DNA from: Cyanophora paradoxa CCMP329
Taxonomy: Eukaryota; Plantae; Glaucophyta
Reading direction: 5' to 3'
Length of the DNA: 64,000 nucleotides
NCBI GenBank assembly: GCA_004431415.1
Contig: QPMI01000535.1
Coordinates: 1 to 64,000 of the forward strand
The translations under genes were made by a program, and so were the position numbers. Shown piece by piece: positions 49,271-59,634 of the stretch (position 1 is its first letter; the number at the start of each line of letters is the position of its first letter). Below the pieces are notes generated by a model, which saw only the letters and a program-made list of their open reading frames with translations, ran no database searches and had not been told where the DNA came from.

Positions 49271-50194
49271 ATGACTGGAAACGTGAGTATAGAAGATCTT
49301 GCGGAATTCGACCCGGCAAGTCTTTCATTCCCTTGCCGTTTACTTGCTGTCGGAAAAACGGGAGTAGGTAAGTCAGTATTCTTAAAATACCTGCTTTACC
49401 ACAACGAGGACAAGATAGATTCGGTGATGATATTCGCTTCCACGATCTGGAACCATCAATATGACAATGTCACATCGTATTTGTATGAGGATTTCGATCA
49501 TAAGCTGATCGACAATATAATACAGAAACGCAAGGAGCGAATCAAGAAAAAGGAGAAAGTCGGTAACCTGTTAATCATACTCGATGATTTCATTGACAAT
49601 CCAAGTCTTTCGATGTCAGGAAGAGGTGAACCTATATTAAATCAGCTATTCACGTCGGGGCGCCATTTATTCATATCTGTGTGGATTCTGTCACAAAAAC
49701 TCACTAAGATTTCGCCGACACTTAGGGTTAACTCCGAATATATCTTTCTATTCTCGCTGCCCAACAGAAAAGAGATGGAGAGTGCTGAGGACGAGTTTAA
49801 TCCATACGAAAAGCATTGGTTTGAGAAGGTGATGAACGAATACAGTCACAGCTATCAGGTTATCTGCATTGACAACTCGAAATATAGCCTGGAATTCTCT
49901 GTGGGCAAGGCTGATCCGGTGCCTGACGAATATAAATTCAAGCGGTTCTTTAAAAAAGCGGTGGAAGAGATAAAGCCCGCTGGTAAACAGCCGGTAAAAC
50001 AGAGCTCCACAGAGGTAAATGGCGACCAACCCCAAACCACCGATATAACGAAACCTGTGAGTGGAAACGTCGCCACCTTAAAGCGATCCACCAAAAGAAT
50101 AATCGAAGCCGACCTACTTAAAGACCCCAATCTATTGCTGGCATACCAAGAAAAGCGCCGCCCAAAATTTGCAAAGAAATTGGGTAAATTTTGA
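49271..50194 (+). CDS. A32/FtsK-HerA-type genome packaging ATPase
   Basis: Walker A GKTGVGKS, Walker B LLIILDD, GRH..ISxxxxSQ and R.NSEY motifs. Confidence 0.93.
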   Translation: MTGNVSIEDLAEFDPASLSFPCRLLAVGKTGVGKSVFLKYLLYHNEDKIDSVMIFASTIWNHQYDNVTSYLYEDFDHKLIDNIIQKRKERIKKKEKVGNLLIILDDFIDNPSLSMSGRGEPILNQLFTSGRHLFISVWILSQKLTKISPTLRVNSEYIFLFSLPNRKEMESAEDEFNPYEKHWFEKVMNEYSHSYQVICIDNSKYSLEFSVGKADPVPDEYKFKRFFKKAVEEIKPAGKQPVKQSSTEVNGDQPQTTDITKPVSGNVATLKRSTKRIIEADLLKDPNLLLAYQEKRRPKFAKKLGKF

Positions 50195-50217
50195 ATAAAT
50201 TTCTCGCATAATGATAA

Positions 50218-50889
50218 ATGCCACCCAAGAACTCGCGGAAAGCGATCCAAATGGAAGATCAAAGTGCTGTTGTTGCTGGCAAGATTAATCCTGCGGAGGA
50301 TGCTGGTCGCACTGGCGGTGCTGCCGCTTCTGATCAAATAGATTTCGATCTGATTGACCCGAATACAAAGGTTTCAGAGCGTGCTCAAAAGGTGGATGCT
50401 AAGCGGGAGCCGGTCGATTCCACCGACAGAAAGCTGGCGGATCAATCCCTCGCCGAATCACAGCTCACAGGCGAAAAGCTAACCGATAATAAGGTGGTAA
50501 AAGCCGAAGCCACAGCCGCTTTACCTGCATCGATGGAAGCCCCGAAAAAGCGGGCATCTGTCTATGTGACCAAGGGCGAGAAAGTCGGTCAGGAATTAGA
50601 GGAGAAGTTTAGGGCGCTCGAAGCGCGACTGGCTACATACGACACTACTGTGCGAGCCTTTGATGATTTCACTAAGGAATACAAACAGCGCAAGCTGATT
50701 AAACAAGCTGTTCGCGTGGAAATGGAAAAGAAGCGGGCGACTGTTCCCGATGTTCAGACAGTCGAAAGAAAAGAGACAGTCATAGCTGAAAATGCACCAA
50801 AGCCGGGCGGTTTCGTTAACCCATCGGGTGTGCATGCACAGCCGGGTGCCAATCTGTCATCTATGTTTGGTGGGCGTCGTCGCTTCTAA
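50218..50889 (+). CDS. Hypothetical charged/coiled-coil protein (possible core protein)
   Basis: 223-aa ORF filling the space after the ATPase; upstream AAATTTCTC motif shared with MCP. Confidence 0.7.
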   Translation: MPPKNSRKAIQMEDQSAVVAGKINPAEDAGRTGGAAASDQIDFDLIDPNTKVSERAQKVDAKREPVDSTDRKLADQSLAESQLTGEKLTDNKVVKAEATAALPASMEAPKKRASVYVTKGEKVGQELEEKFRALEARLATYDTTVRAFDDFTKEYKQRKLIKQAVRVEMEKKRATVPDVQTVERKETVIAENAPKPGGFVNPSGVHAQPGANLSSMFGGRRRF

Positions 50890-51089
50890 TGTGTAGGTCG
50901 TTCAAACATAAATGAATCCGCCCGTATTTAGAGCGGGTCTTAATATGAATTCCCTTGCAATAGGGACAGGTCGGCTCCACAAACACCATTATAAGGTCGA
51001 CTAATTCGTATGGGAACACACGAGCAAGTAACACCCTCATTCCCTTTTCTTTTCTCCAATATTTAATACGTTGTGCAATATTAGGGTCG

Positions 51090-51437
51090 ATGAATTTCAT
51101 CACACAATGCATTGAGATGTTTCACCTGCATTTCATATCTCACTGTAAGTCCGGATGCTGCGACACAACCGTAGAGTTTGACATTTCGGACGAGGATAAT
51201 GGAGGTAGGCGATCATCTGTATATTCCAACCACAGCGATAATCACGATCGTCCCCGATCTCGATCGCCCTCGCCTGTGCCTGCGAACTCCAATATAGTCC
51301 CACAGACAGCAATAGAAGACGTGCAAGTATCCTATATAAGACGCCGCTCGTGCCCTAATTCCGTGGAAGGTCATTTTCGCGTTGATTCCCCGTATCCGCC
51401 AATAAATCCGCTTTATTTGGGCGAATACGATCGCTGA
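51090..51437 (+). CDS. Hypothetical protein, Ser/Arg-rich
   Basis: 115-aa ATG ORF in a gene-dense region. Confidence 0.45.
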   Translation: MNFITQCIEMFHLHFISHCKSGCCDTTVEFDISDEDNGGRRSSVYSNHSDNHDRPRSRSPSPVPANSNIVPQTAIEDVQVSYIRRRSCPNSVEGHFRVDSPYPPINPLYLGEYDR

Positions 51438-51620
51438 AACTATTTTCGCGTTAAATAGTATCGAATGCCCGACCCCGATCTCTACGCGATCCTATACAGG
51501 AAACGCGCGCAATACGCATTGGAAGTCGCTATTAAAAAACGTAGAGAAGAACTCGCTTCGATCACAAAAAATGACAGCTCAGAAAATGATTTAAAGAAGA
51601 AATAGCAAAGACCACTGATA

Positions 51621-51645
51621 AAAATATTTTCTCAGCTTAAAGTAA
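51621..51645 (+). promoter_or_regulatory. Shared viral upstream motif AAAATATTTTCTCAGCTTAAAGTAA
   Basis: Exact second copy at 58923-58947; both 9-15 nt before an ATG. Confidence 0.7.
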
Positions 51646-51654
51646 GGTAAACCA

Positions 51655-51876
51655 ATGGAGACGCATGCTATGACTGTGTATGATAAGAACGGGAACCCGG
51701 TAGATCTCGATAAGGCGGGCTGGCGTGTCAGGGATATATATAAACAGCGGATGCGCTATAACGACGATCCCGAATATCGCGAATTAAAAAAGAAAAAGGC
51801 GCTAGAATATTACTACCGTCGCAAGCAAGAAGAGGGCATTCACAGTGGAAACCGCGGGCGACCCCGCAAGTATTGA
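51655..51876 (+). CDS. Small basic protein with C-terminal AT-hook (RGRPRK)
   Basis: 73 aa, K/R/Y-rich; preceded by a 25-bp motif identical to that before 58963. Confidence 0.7.
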   Translation: METHAMTVYDKNGNPVDLDKAGWRVRDIYKQRMRYNDDPEYRELKKKKALEYYYRRKQEEGIHSGNRGRPRKY

Positions 51877-52055
51877 ACGCAATCCGCCGCTGAATCCATT
51901 CCTTATTTTTCAAGCGGCTTTCCGATGCATATCGGCAAGCTCCCCAATCGTTTTTAGTCATCGGGAAAAAATTTGTAGGGCATTTAAAGACAACTCGCCA
52001 AAATTTGATCAGCCTAAGAAAAATTAATTTCTTGCATAAAGGTAGAAAGCGACAA

Positions 52056-54399
52056 ATGGACACCAAAAGTAAATCGATGCTCACCAAACTCACTAAGTGG
52101 CTTCGTTCGACCGATGAGCTGGCTCAAAACCTCCTTATTCCGGTCGATCCTGTAACCAAACAACCTGAATTTCCCCATAAAAATGGAGCCTGGAACTGGA
52201 AGAAATACGAGGACGCCGTTAAGGAAAACAGGTATATTGCATGGGGAATTCTCGCTCGCAACATCGTCTGTATTGATTTCGATCAGGAGGAGGATTTCAA
52301 TAAGTTCGAAGAGCTTTTCCCCAACGATTTCACAGCTGCTATTCCAATCGAGAAAACAAGCAAGGTTATCATGTGTTCTTCGCTCGACCTCCCAAGTTCG
52401 ATGAGCTGAAACTGTTTGACAAACCCGGAGCTTTCCGGGGCTATGATAAGATCGATCTGAAAACGGTTTGCTCTACTGGAACTGCCGGGTAATTAATGTC
52501 TGCCCAAGCCCAAACAAGACATGGATCAGGGAGCCATGGGCTGCTGAATGCGAGTTAATTGAGCCATCTGCGGAATTCCAAAGCTGGATGATTGAGAACT
52601 ACAAAAAGCCGTTCGTCCGTGACATTGATCAGTCGAAGATACATGGCAATGAATTCCTTACAGCTCTCAAAGACAAACTAACTGAGTTCGGGTTCGATTT
52701 CCCAACAATCATCAGTCAAACCGAAAATGGCTACAACTTCACAGCTCAGAACAAAGGCGGAGTCTGCCCCTGCTGCACCAATTCGCATGATAGCAATAGC
52801 TGGTATGTGATTAAAATTTCAGATCCCGATGCAAAGGACAAATTCATTGTTTCGAGTTACAGTTCTCGATGCAAGAAGCGAATTATTGAGGTCAGGACGA
52901 AAACAGAAAAGGATACTGAGCTGATAGTTCTCATTGATAAGGCGATTGGATCGAATGGCGCACACTATGATGTCGCAAAAGTGTCACATGTGGTTCTGAA
53001 AGACGATTATCGCTACTCAAATAAGACCTGGTTCGAGTTTAATAGGGATAATGGAATCTGGGAGATGGATGACACTGGAAAGCGAATTTATCTGGCTCTC
53101 AGCTGCAAGGTATGCCCTGTGTTTCTGTCTCGCTCATATAGCCTGGGAACAGCTGCGATGAGGGACGAAGAGAATAGGCAAAGCTTAGAGGAAAAGGCTA
53201 AACTCGCTGTGAATATTGGCAAAAATCTCAAACAAACATCCTATCGCACATCTCTTATTACTGATCTAATTGTAATGTTCAGCGATCCCACATTCTTTGA
53301 AAAACTCGATACTGTCACTAATGTCATTGGTTTCGATAATGGGGTCTTTGATATTAACACCAAGACATTCAGAAAGGGAAAGCCTACTGATATGGTGAGC
53401 AAGACAGTGGGTTACGAGTATATGGCTGTCGACCGTGAGAAAGTAGCGAAAATTCAGTCAATCTATACAGATATAATCGAAGAGTATGAGGAGCGCAATT
53501 ATATTCTCGGGTCGCTTGCTTTCGCTCTCACAGGTCGCACAGATATTCAGAAGTTCAATTTCTGGTCTGGAAAGGGCGCGAATGGGAAATCCTGCATTCA
53601 AGAGATGGTGAAACAGACTTTCGGCGATTATTTCGGCTCAATCAGCATGAGCTATTGGACAAAGCCAAAGAAGAACTCGTCCGATGCCACACCCGAGCTT
53701 GCTGCAATTCTGGGCAAACGCATTGTGTTCAGTAATGAGGCGGAGGATGGTGACAAGCTCCAAATCAGTAAGATTAAGGAAATCACAGGTGGAAATGAGA
53801 TGAAGGTTCGCGCTCTCTTTAAGGATCCTGTAACCTTTATTCCCATGTGTCAAATATTCCTGTCCACCAATGATAACCTGTCTCTCAGCAAGGCTGACGA
53901 AGCTATTTTGCGAAGGCTGGTTTACTACACATTCAAGTGTGTATTTAAGCCGAATCCCAAGGAGGGCGAAAAGAAAGCTGATACCAAGCTGATGACTCTA
54001 TTGCATGATGATGAGTATAAGATGGCGCAAATGTCTATTTTCCTGGATATGCTCGCCCAACAAGACCTTGCCACTTTGATGCAAAACCCACCCCAATCGA
54101 TTGTCGACTGTGGCTCTGAGTATTTCGCTGAAAATGATAAGCTCGGCGAATGGCTCAAAAATACCTATGAGAGGACTGGAAGCCGCGATGACTTTATTTC
54201 GAGTGACTCTATTGTGAAGAAATATAGACAGGTCGATGATAAGGCGGAGCCCACAACAATTGGAAAGCGAGTTCGCGAGATATTCAATGTTAAATCCGAG
54301 CCCAAGCGGGAGAGAGGCGCACTGATGCGCGGCTATTTCGGAATGAAAGCCAAGATGCACCACCAAAACGAATTTCTAGATGATGATATCGAAGCCTAA
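52056..54399 (+). CDS. Prim-Pol + Zn-finger + D5-like SF3 helicase (frameshifts at ~52363 and ~52488)
   Basis: Prim-Pol motifs VCIDFD and (shifted) TSKGYHVFF; CPCC..H Zn site; D5_N IGFDNGVFD; Walker A GKGANGKS, B VFSNE, C FLSTN, ILRR; C-terminal wHTH-like RGYFG. Confidence 0.9.
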
Positions 54400-54472
54400 T
54401 TACAAATGAATTGAAAATGATTACTTTCGTGTGTATTTTTTATAACCTGCGGCAAATTGTAGTTGTTTACGT

Positions 54473-54563
54473 TGTTACAGGTGTTACAGGTTCATCCCAA
54501 ACTCGGGAACCAAGACCCCCGTCCTAGGGCGGACTTTGGGATAGACCTGTAACACCTGTAACA
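54473..54563. promoter_or_regulatory. 91-bp iteron palindrome (TGTTACAGG)2...CCTAGG...(CCTGTAACA)2, candidate replication origin
   Basis: Same 91-bp architecture at 36546-36636, 36827-36917, 62104-62194 and 62385-62475. Confidence 0.6.
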
Positions 54564-54674
54564 CTGACCATTTTCAGTAAGCCCCTTTTAATATTTGTGG
54601 AACTTTAAACATGAATATGTAAAAATTGATCATGTTATATAAGAGTTCCTTTGATTGTTTGTAGTGACTTAGAA

Positions 54675-54935
54675 ATGGAGACCTACGATGTTAATGTGAT
54701 GTCCCGCGATCAATTGATTCGACTCGCTGATTTGGGTGATCCGGATGCAATAGCCGAATTGCTATGGCGAATGCACCATTTGGATGCAAAGAAACAGAAG
54801 CGCCGCGCCCATGTTATTAAAGCCGATAACATTGAGCTCACCGTTATACTTCCCGAAAATGTAAAGCTCACAGTCCGGAGCGTCACTAAGCTCACCGGGA
54901 AAAATTTGTCGGGGCGCACCATACAAAGTCCGTAA
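54675..54935 (+). CDS. Small hypothetical protein
   Basis: ATG ORF downstream of an AAAATTGA motif. Confidence 0.5.
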   Translation: METYDVNVMSRDQLIRLADLGDPDAIAELLWRMHHLDAKKQKRRAHVIKADNIELTVILPENVKLTVRSVTKLTGKNLSGRTIQSP

Positions 54936-54987
54936 AATTTGATCATCGGGAAAAATTATTTTCAGACATAGCACGACACCGAATCAA

Positions 54988-55266
54988 ATGGAAACCGATA
55001 TGCAAATTAGCCTTAACGATGTTATTAAGCATTTGGCGTGGGAGAAGATGAGCCTTAGATTCCAAAAGCACGGGCGGAAATTCGAAAATGAGGTGAGTGA
55101 GCGGAAATTCGACAGGAAAATACTGCAACTGACTGAAAAGAGAATAGGAGAGTGTATTCTGGGTTCCAATAGCGCACGTAGAACTGCAAAGACATTGCAT
55201 AGCGCGCATTATACGCGCCAAAGGCTCCGGGAGAAGCTGGCTGAACGCGCCGAAAATGAGAAATAA
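54988..55266 (+). CDS. Small basic hypothetical protein
   Basis: 92-aa ORF directly upstream of pPolB. Confidence 0.55.
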   Translation: METDMQISLNDVIKHLAWEKMSLRFQKHGRKFENEVSERKFDRKILQLTEKRIGECILGSNSARRTAKTLHSAHYTRQRLREKLAERAENEK

Positions 55267-55288
55267 AAATGTTCCCTTAGAGTAAAAG

Positions 55289-58200
55289 ATGCCCCGCCAA
55301 ACTAATCGCCTTATAAAAGAGAAAAAGGACGAAATATTAGGCTTGTTAGGTAGTCTTTTAGTCACTGGCGAGATCAACGAAGCCGAATACGATCGGAGGG
55401 CGGCGATCTTAGATCGAAAACCCCGCTTAGCTAACCTTGCAAATATTGCCGACGAGCTCTATAATCGCCTGGAAAATGTGGAGCGCTTCTATACCGAAGG
55501 GCGGCGCTTAGCCGTCATAGAACCTGATGAGGAAGACGGTTTCGCAATGAATAAAGCATACGCCTGGTATAGCTATAAGGCGGATGAACAGATAATCTTA
55601 GATCCGGTGGAATTTCTCACTACCATCGCTGCAAATCTGCCTGGGCGGCTGAAAGAGAGGCTGGACGAGCTTAAAGCTATTAAGGTGCGCCTTACATTCA
55701 TCTGCCGATACGTAAAAGTGAGTGATCCTAACGTTTTTATCACCAAACACATTTACAGCGATTATTTCGTAATCACAAGGTCGCGCAATATTCTCACTGA
55801 GTTAGTGGGTGTAGCTCAGCAAATGAATGAACAGATGATACAGGTCGACAGCTACCGGCTCAGTAAATTAGATAAGCTACATGTCGCCGTTTTGTCATAT
55901 GCGCCGATGGGCGGTTGCTACATTGAGACCCCCGAATGGATTGGATTAAAGCGAGCCACAGTAAATATTAAGAATATCGATGGTCACGACTGTTTTAATT
56001 ACGCTATCCTCGCATGGCTGCACAGAAACGACATAAACAGACACAAACGTAATGATCCGTTCCAATATAGGCGGTGGTTGACTGAGCTGGACTTCTCAGG
56101 CATTAATTTCCCTGTTGCATGCGACGCTGCATTAATAGATCGTTTCGAGGATAATAATCCCGAGCTGTCAATTAATATATATGGCGCCGACAATGCGACC
56201 CAAACCTTTTACCCACTGCACATGTCAAGTAATCCGCGTCGTAAATCGAAGGTAAACCTGCTGCTGATCGAGGACGCAAACGGACAGGGTCACTATATTA
56301 CGATCATGTCACTGAGCCGCCTCTTAAAGACCACCTTTGATAAAGCAAACGACGGGCGCATTTTCTACTGCGAAACCTGCTTGTCCCGGTTCCGATCACA
56401 GGAGAAACTCGATAGCCACACCGGCTCTAATCGCTGTATCGATTGGAGAATGAGTAAAGGTAAATGCCCGGAACCCGGAAGCTTTATTACTTTCGGACTG
56501 CAACACCTAAGGAAAATGGTGTGGCTGCCCACTGTCTGTTACTGCAAGGTAGAAATGGAGTCGGTGCCGGTTCCTAATGAACCAAATAGAACCAAGCGAG
56601 AGGTAAAGTCGGTGGCACTTAATGTTGTTATGGGCTCGCATGTTGAAAATCACGAATTCGAGGGGGTGGATCCGCTGGGTCAGATGTTTACCACGTTAGG
56701 GGATCTGTGCCGCGAGATGCTTAATACCCTATTTACCAACACGCCTATGATCCCGCTCACAGAGGCGCAAAAGCAAGCCTATAAGCTCACCAAGCACTGC
56801 TATATATGCAATCAGCGGTTTACCCACGAAAACTTCCCTGTGCGCGATCACTGTCACCAAAGCGGCGATTATATAGGAAAAGCTTGCCGAAAATGCAATT
56901 TACATAGGAGGATCTCAAAGCAAACGAAAGTAGCCGTGGTCATTGATCGGATGGACGAGTGCGGGCATGCTATATTCAGGAAAATCGCACAGCAAGACGA
57001 CAAGCTGCGGGTCGAGATCCTAAGTAAGAATTTCGATGAGTATCTCTCTTTACAGTGGGGACTTTACAAGTTTATAGACGCCTCGAATTTCATGGATTTT
57101 CAGGCGTCCGATGTTAATGATCTCATGGTAAAATTCGGTAAATTCAGTATGCTCGCACATGAGCAATACGGTCTGGATCCCACGCATTATGTGAGCGCAC
57201 CGGGACTATCGTGGGACGCGATGTTAAAGCATACGAGGGTCGCAATTGAACAGATCAGCGATGCGGATCAATACGAATTTATTGAGCGGGCAATTAGGGG
57301 CGGCTTTGCGACCATGCCCACACGATATGCCGAGGCGAATAGCGAGGATAAACATATAGTGCTATTGGATGCGAATAATCTATACGGCTATGCGCTCAGT
57401 CAGCCTTTACCGGTCGGGGACTATCGCTGGGACGACACAAGCACAGCTTTTACCGAGGTGGTAGGGCGGAGTGCATTTATTGAGGTCGACCTTGCGTATC
57501 CGGACTATTTAAAGGGCGACCATCGCGATGTCCCGCTGATCGTGAGTAAAGAGGTAATTACTGCGGACATGCTCGGCAAATATCAGCGTGGGCTTTTGGA
57601 GCTAAGCGGCGAGAAGCTCAGTAAAGATCCGAAGCTGATCGCCTCGTTTACTCCGAAATATAATTACGTGGTCTCTCAGCCGATGCTGCTCTATATGGTA
57701 AAAAAGGGGATCGTAGTTACTAAGATTCACCGCGTGCTCTCGTTTGCAACCGCTGCATTTATGAAGCCCTACATAGATCTGAACACGAAACTGCGAAAGG
57801 AAGCCCGGAATAAATTCGAGAGCGACTTCTTTAAATTAATGAACAATGCTATTTACGGTAAATGCCTGGAATCGTGCCGCGGGCGCTCAGTGGTAAAGAT
57901 CGCGAATAGCACGAAGCTGTTTAAGAAATATGCGGCGAGCCCACTGGTAAAAGCGACGAATGTATTAAACGAGACTGCGGTTGCATTCGAAATGTATAGT
58001 AAACACGTAAAACTCGATAAACCGGTCGCTATTGGCGCTTATGTGCTGGATGCCGCGAAGCTGCATAATTATAGCTTCTTTTACGACGTGATCCGACCGA
58101 CTTTCTCGCAAGCTCAGCTGCTGTTCCACGATACCGACTCGTTCTGTCTGTATATAGAGACCGCGGATCTGGAAGCGGGTATGCGAGCGATCAGCCCTTA

Positions 58201-58552
58201 TTTAGATTGCCCTTATAGTCCCGAGAACCGGATGGTTCCCGGTAAATATAAAAATGAGATGCCCGACGTCAAGATAGTGGAGTATGTGGGGCTGCGACCG
58301 AAGCTATATGCTTTCCGCACCGAGAGCTACGACAAGGTAAAAATGAGCGGGACAGCCTCGAAAGAGGTGCATTTCGACGACTTTAAGCGCTGCCTATTTG
58401 ACGGGATCACAAAAACAGTAACAGTAGTAAACAAGCAACGGCGATGCCACCACTTATATGATTTGGAGAGCAAGCGGATAGCGCTGACCCAATTCGATAG
58501 CAAGCGCTGCATATCAGGCGACGGCATACATAGCCTTCCATTCGGCTGTTAG
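55289..58552 (+). CDS. Protein-primed family B DNA polymerase (Polinton type) with OTU-like, Zn-finger and EndoVII-like domains; degenerate exonuclease
   Basis: LDANNLYG, KLMNNAIYGK, HDTDSF, GLRPKLY polymerase motifs; DCFNYA...GHY; CETC..H; CYIC...VRDHCH..G...CNL. Confidence 0.95.
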   Translation: MPRQTNRLIKEKKDEILGLLGSLLVTGEINEAEYDRRAAILDRKPRLANLANIADELYNRLENVERFYTEGRRLAVIEPDEEDGFAMNKAYAWYSYKADEQIILDPVEFLTTIAANLPGRLKERLDELKAIKVRLTFICRYVKVSDPNVFITKHIYSDYFVITRSRNILTELVGVAQQMNEQMIQVDSYRLSKLDKLHVAVLSYAPMGGCYIETPEWIGLKRATVNIKNIDGHDCFNYAILAWLHRNDINRHKRNDPFQYRRWLTELDFSGINFPVACDAALIDRFEDNNPELSINIYGADNATQTFYPLHMSSNPRRKSKVNLLLIEDANGQGHYITIMSLSRLLKTTFDKANDGRIFYCETCLSRFRSQEKLDSHTGSNRCIDWRMSKGKCPEPGSFITFGLQHLRKMVWLPTVCYCKVEMESVPVPNEPNRTKREVKSVALNVVMGSHVENHEFEGVDPLGQMFTTLGDLCREMLNTLFTNTPMIPLTEAQKQAYKLTKHCYICNQRFTHENFPVRDHCHQSGDYIGKACRKCNLHRRISKQTKVAVVIDRMDECGHAIFRKIAQQDDKLRVEILSKNFDEYLSLQWGLYKFIDASNFMDFQASDVNDLMVKFGKFSMLAHEQYGLDPTHYVSAPGLSWDAMLKHTRVAIEQISDADQYEFIERAIRGGFATMPTRYAEANSEDKHIVLLDANNLYGYALSQPLPVGDYRWDDTSTAFTEVVGRSAFIEVDLAYPDYLKGDHRDVPLIVSKEVITADMLGKYQRGLLELSGEKLSKDPKLIASFTPKYNYVVSQPMLLYMVKKGIVVTKIHRVLSFATAAFMKPYIDLNTKLRKEARNKFESDFFKLMNNAIYGKCLESCRGRSVVKIANSTKLFKKYAASPLVKATNVLNETAVAFEMYSKHVKLDKPVAIGAYVLDAAKLHNYSFFYDVIRPTFSQAQLLFHDTDSFCLYIETADLEAGMRAISPYLDCPYSPENRMVPGKYKNEMPDVKIVEYVGLRPKLYAFRTESYDKVKMSGTASKEVHFDDFKRCLFDGITKTVTVVNKQRRCHHLYDLESKRIALTQFDSKRCISGDGIHSLPFGC

Positions 58553-58962
58553 TCGTCTATCTTATCGTGCGTTCTTTTTCTTGGTTTGCGCTCTAATTGA
58601 AGGAGCTGTCGCCTTAGGATATGGAGAAGCCATATGCACTTTAATCCGGGTCGTCAGGGTCGATTAGGAAGTAATTGGGGATCGGGTGCGCGTCCCATAC
58701 CGGATCATTCATTTTACTGTTTACTGCACGTTTTTATTGCGCGTTTTGCGGTGTTTATTGTCAGGATTTTCATTAATTATTAAAATCTCGACAATAAACG
58801 CTCAGGTAGCCTGATTTTATTGACAGTAAACGTGAGAGTCTCACCGCGGATCGTCAAAAATTGAAAGCCCCGTGGGCAACGCAAAATGATTTAAGGAGAA
58901 CGCGCTACATTTAGGCAACAGGAAAATATTTTCTCAGCTTAAAGTAAAAGGCGAAGGCGAAA

Positions 58963-59571
58963 ATGGCGTATCTGTTCAAAGGACAACCTATTTTCGTTTA
59001 TCCTCTTTCGGATCTATCATTTAGCACCGTGGAACTATTTGATATCCTCTTTTCATTTGATACTGATCGCATGCCATTTACCTTTGTAAATACAATCTTT
59101 CGTAGAGCCGATATTCAATCTATTGGTTTCTTTATTGAAGAACCGCACAAGATAGTCATTCGATCAATAAATAATGTGTTTGCGTATGTAAGAGCATCCA
59201 ACGATGAGATATCCTATAAGTATACCATCAAGAAAGTAAATGATGAAGACGAGGGAGGATATCAACCTGTTCTGGATTTCTGGCGTCTCGTAAGATGCAC
59301 ACAATATAAGATGACTGATGTAATCAAAGCCATAAAGCGTGAGCACGAACCACAGTCGATACAGCTTATCTATTTCAATGTTAAACGCAATCTGTCCACA
59401 TATCATAAGAAGTTTGAAGAGCATGGACTGCAAATTACCCGCCGCACCACCTTGCGTAAATTCTTAAAAGACAATGGAGCGAAATGGAGTCGCGTTAGCC
59501 GAATGTGGTATACTGACGTTAGTAATCCTAATAGAATCGTTGCCAATATATTCTGTCCCAATTTACCGTAA
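58963..59571 (+). CDS. Hypothetical protein, C-terminal KxxGAKW...WY motif (DUF5710-like)
   Basis: 202-aa AT-rich ORF ending FLKDNGAKWSRVSRMWYT. Confidence 0.6.
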   Translation: MAYLFKGQPIFVYPLSDLSFSTVELFDILFSFDTDRMPFTFVNTIFRRADIQSIGFFIEEPHKIVIRSINNVFAYVRASNDEISYKYTIKKVNDEDEGGYQPVLDFWRLVRCTQYKMTDVIKAIKREHEPQSIQLIYFNVKRNLSTYHKKFEEHGLQITRRTTLRKFLKDNGAKWSRVSRMWYTDVSNPNRIVANIFCPNLP

Positions 59572-59634
59572 ATAAACAATACCTTCTATTGTTTGGTGCG
59601 AGTAAAATGTTACATTGATCTTTTTTATTGTCTG

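Noticed and set aside
50861-51112. Minus-strand CxxC ORF inside the virus
   Set aside because: Overlaps both neighbours on the opposite strand; insufficient support
44225-52495. Programmed ribosomal frameshifting
   Set aside because: No consistent slippery heptamers; six unrelated genes or sites affected; homopolymer error is simpler
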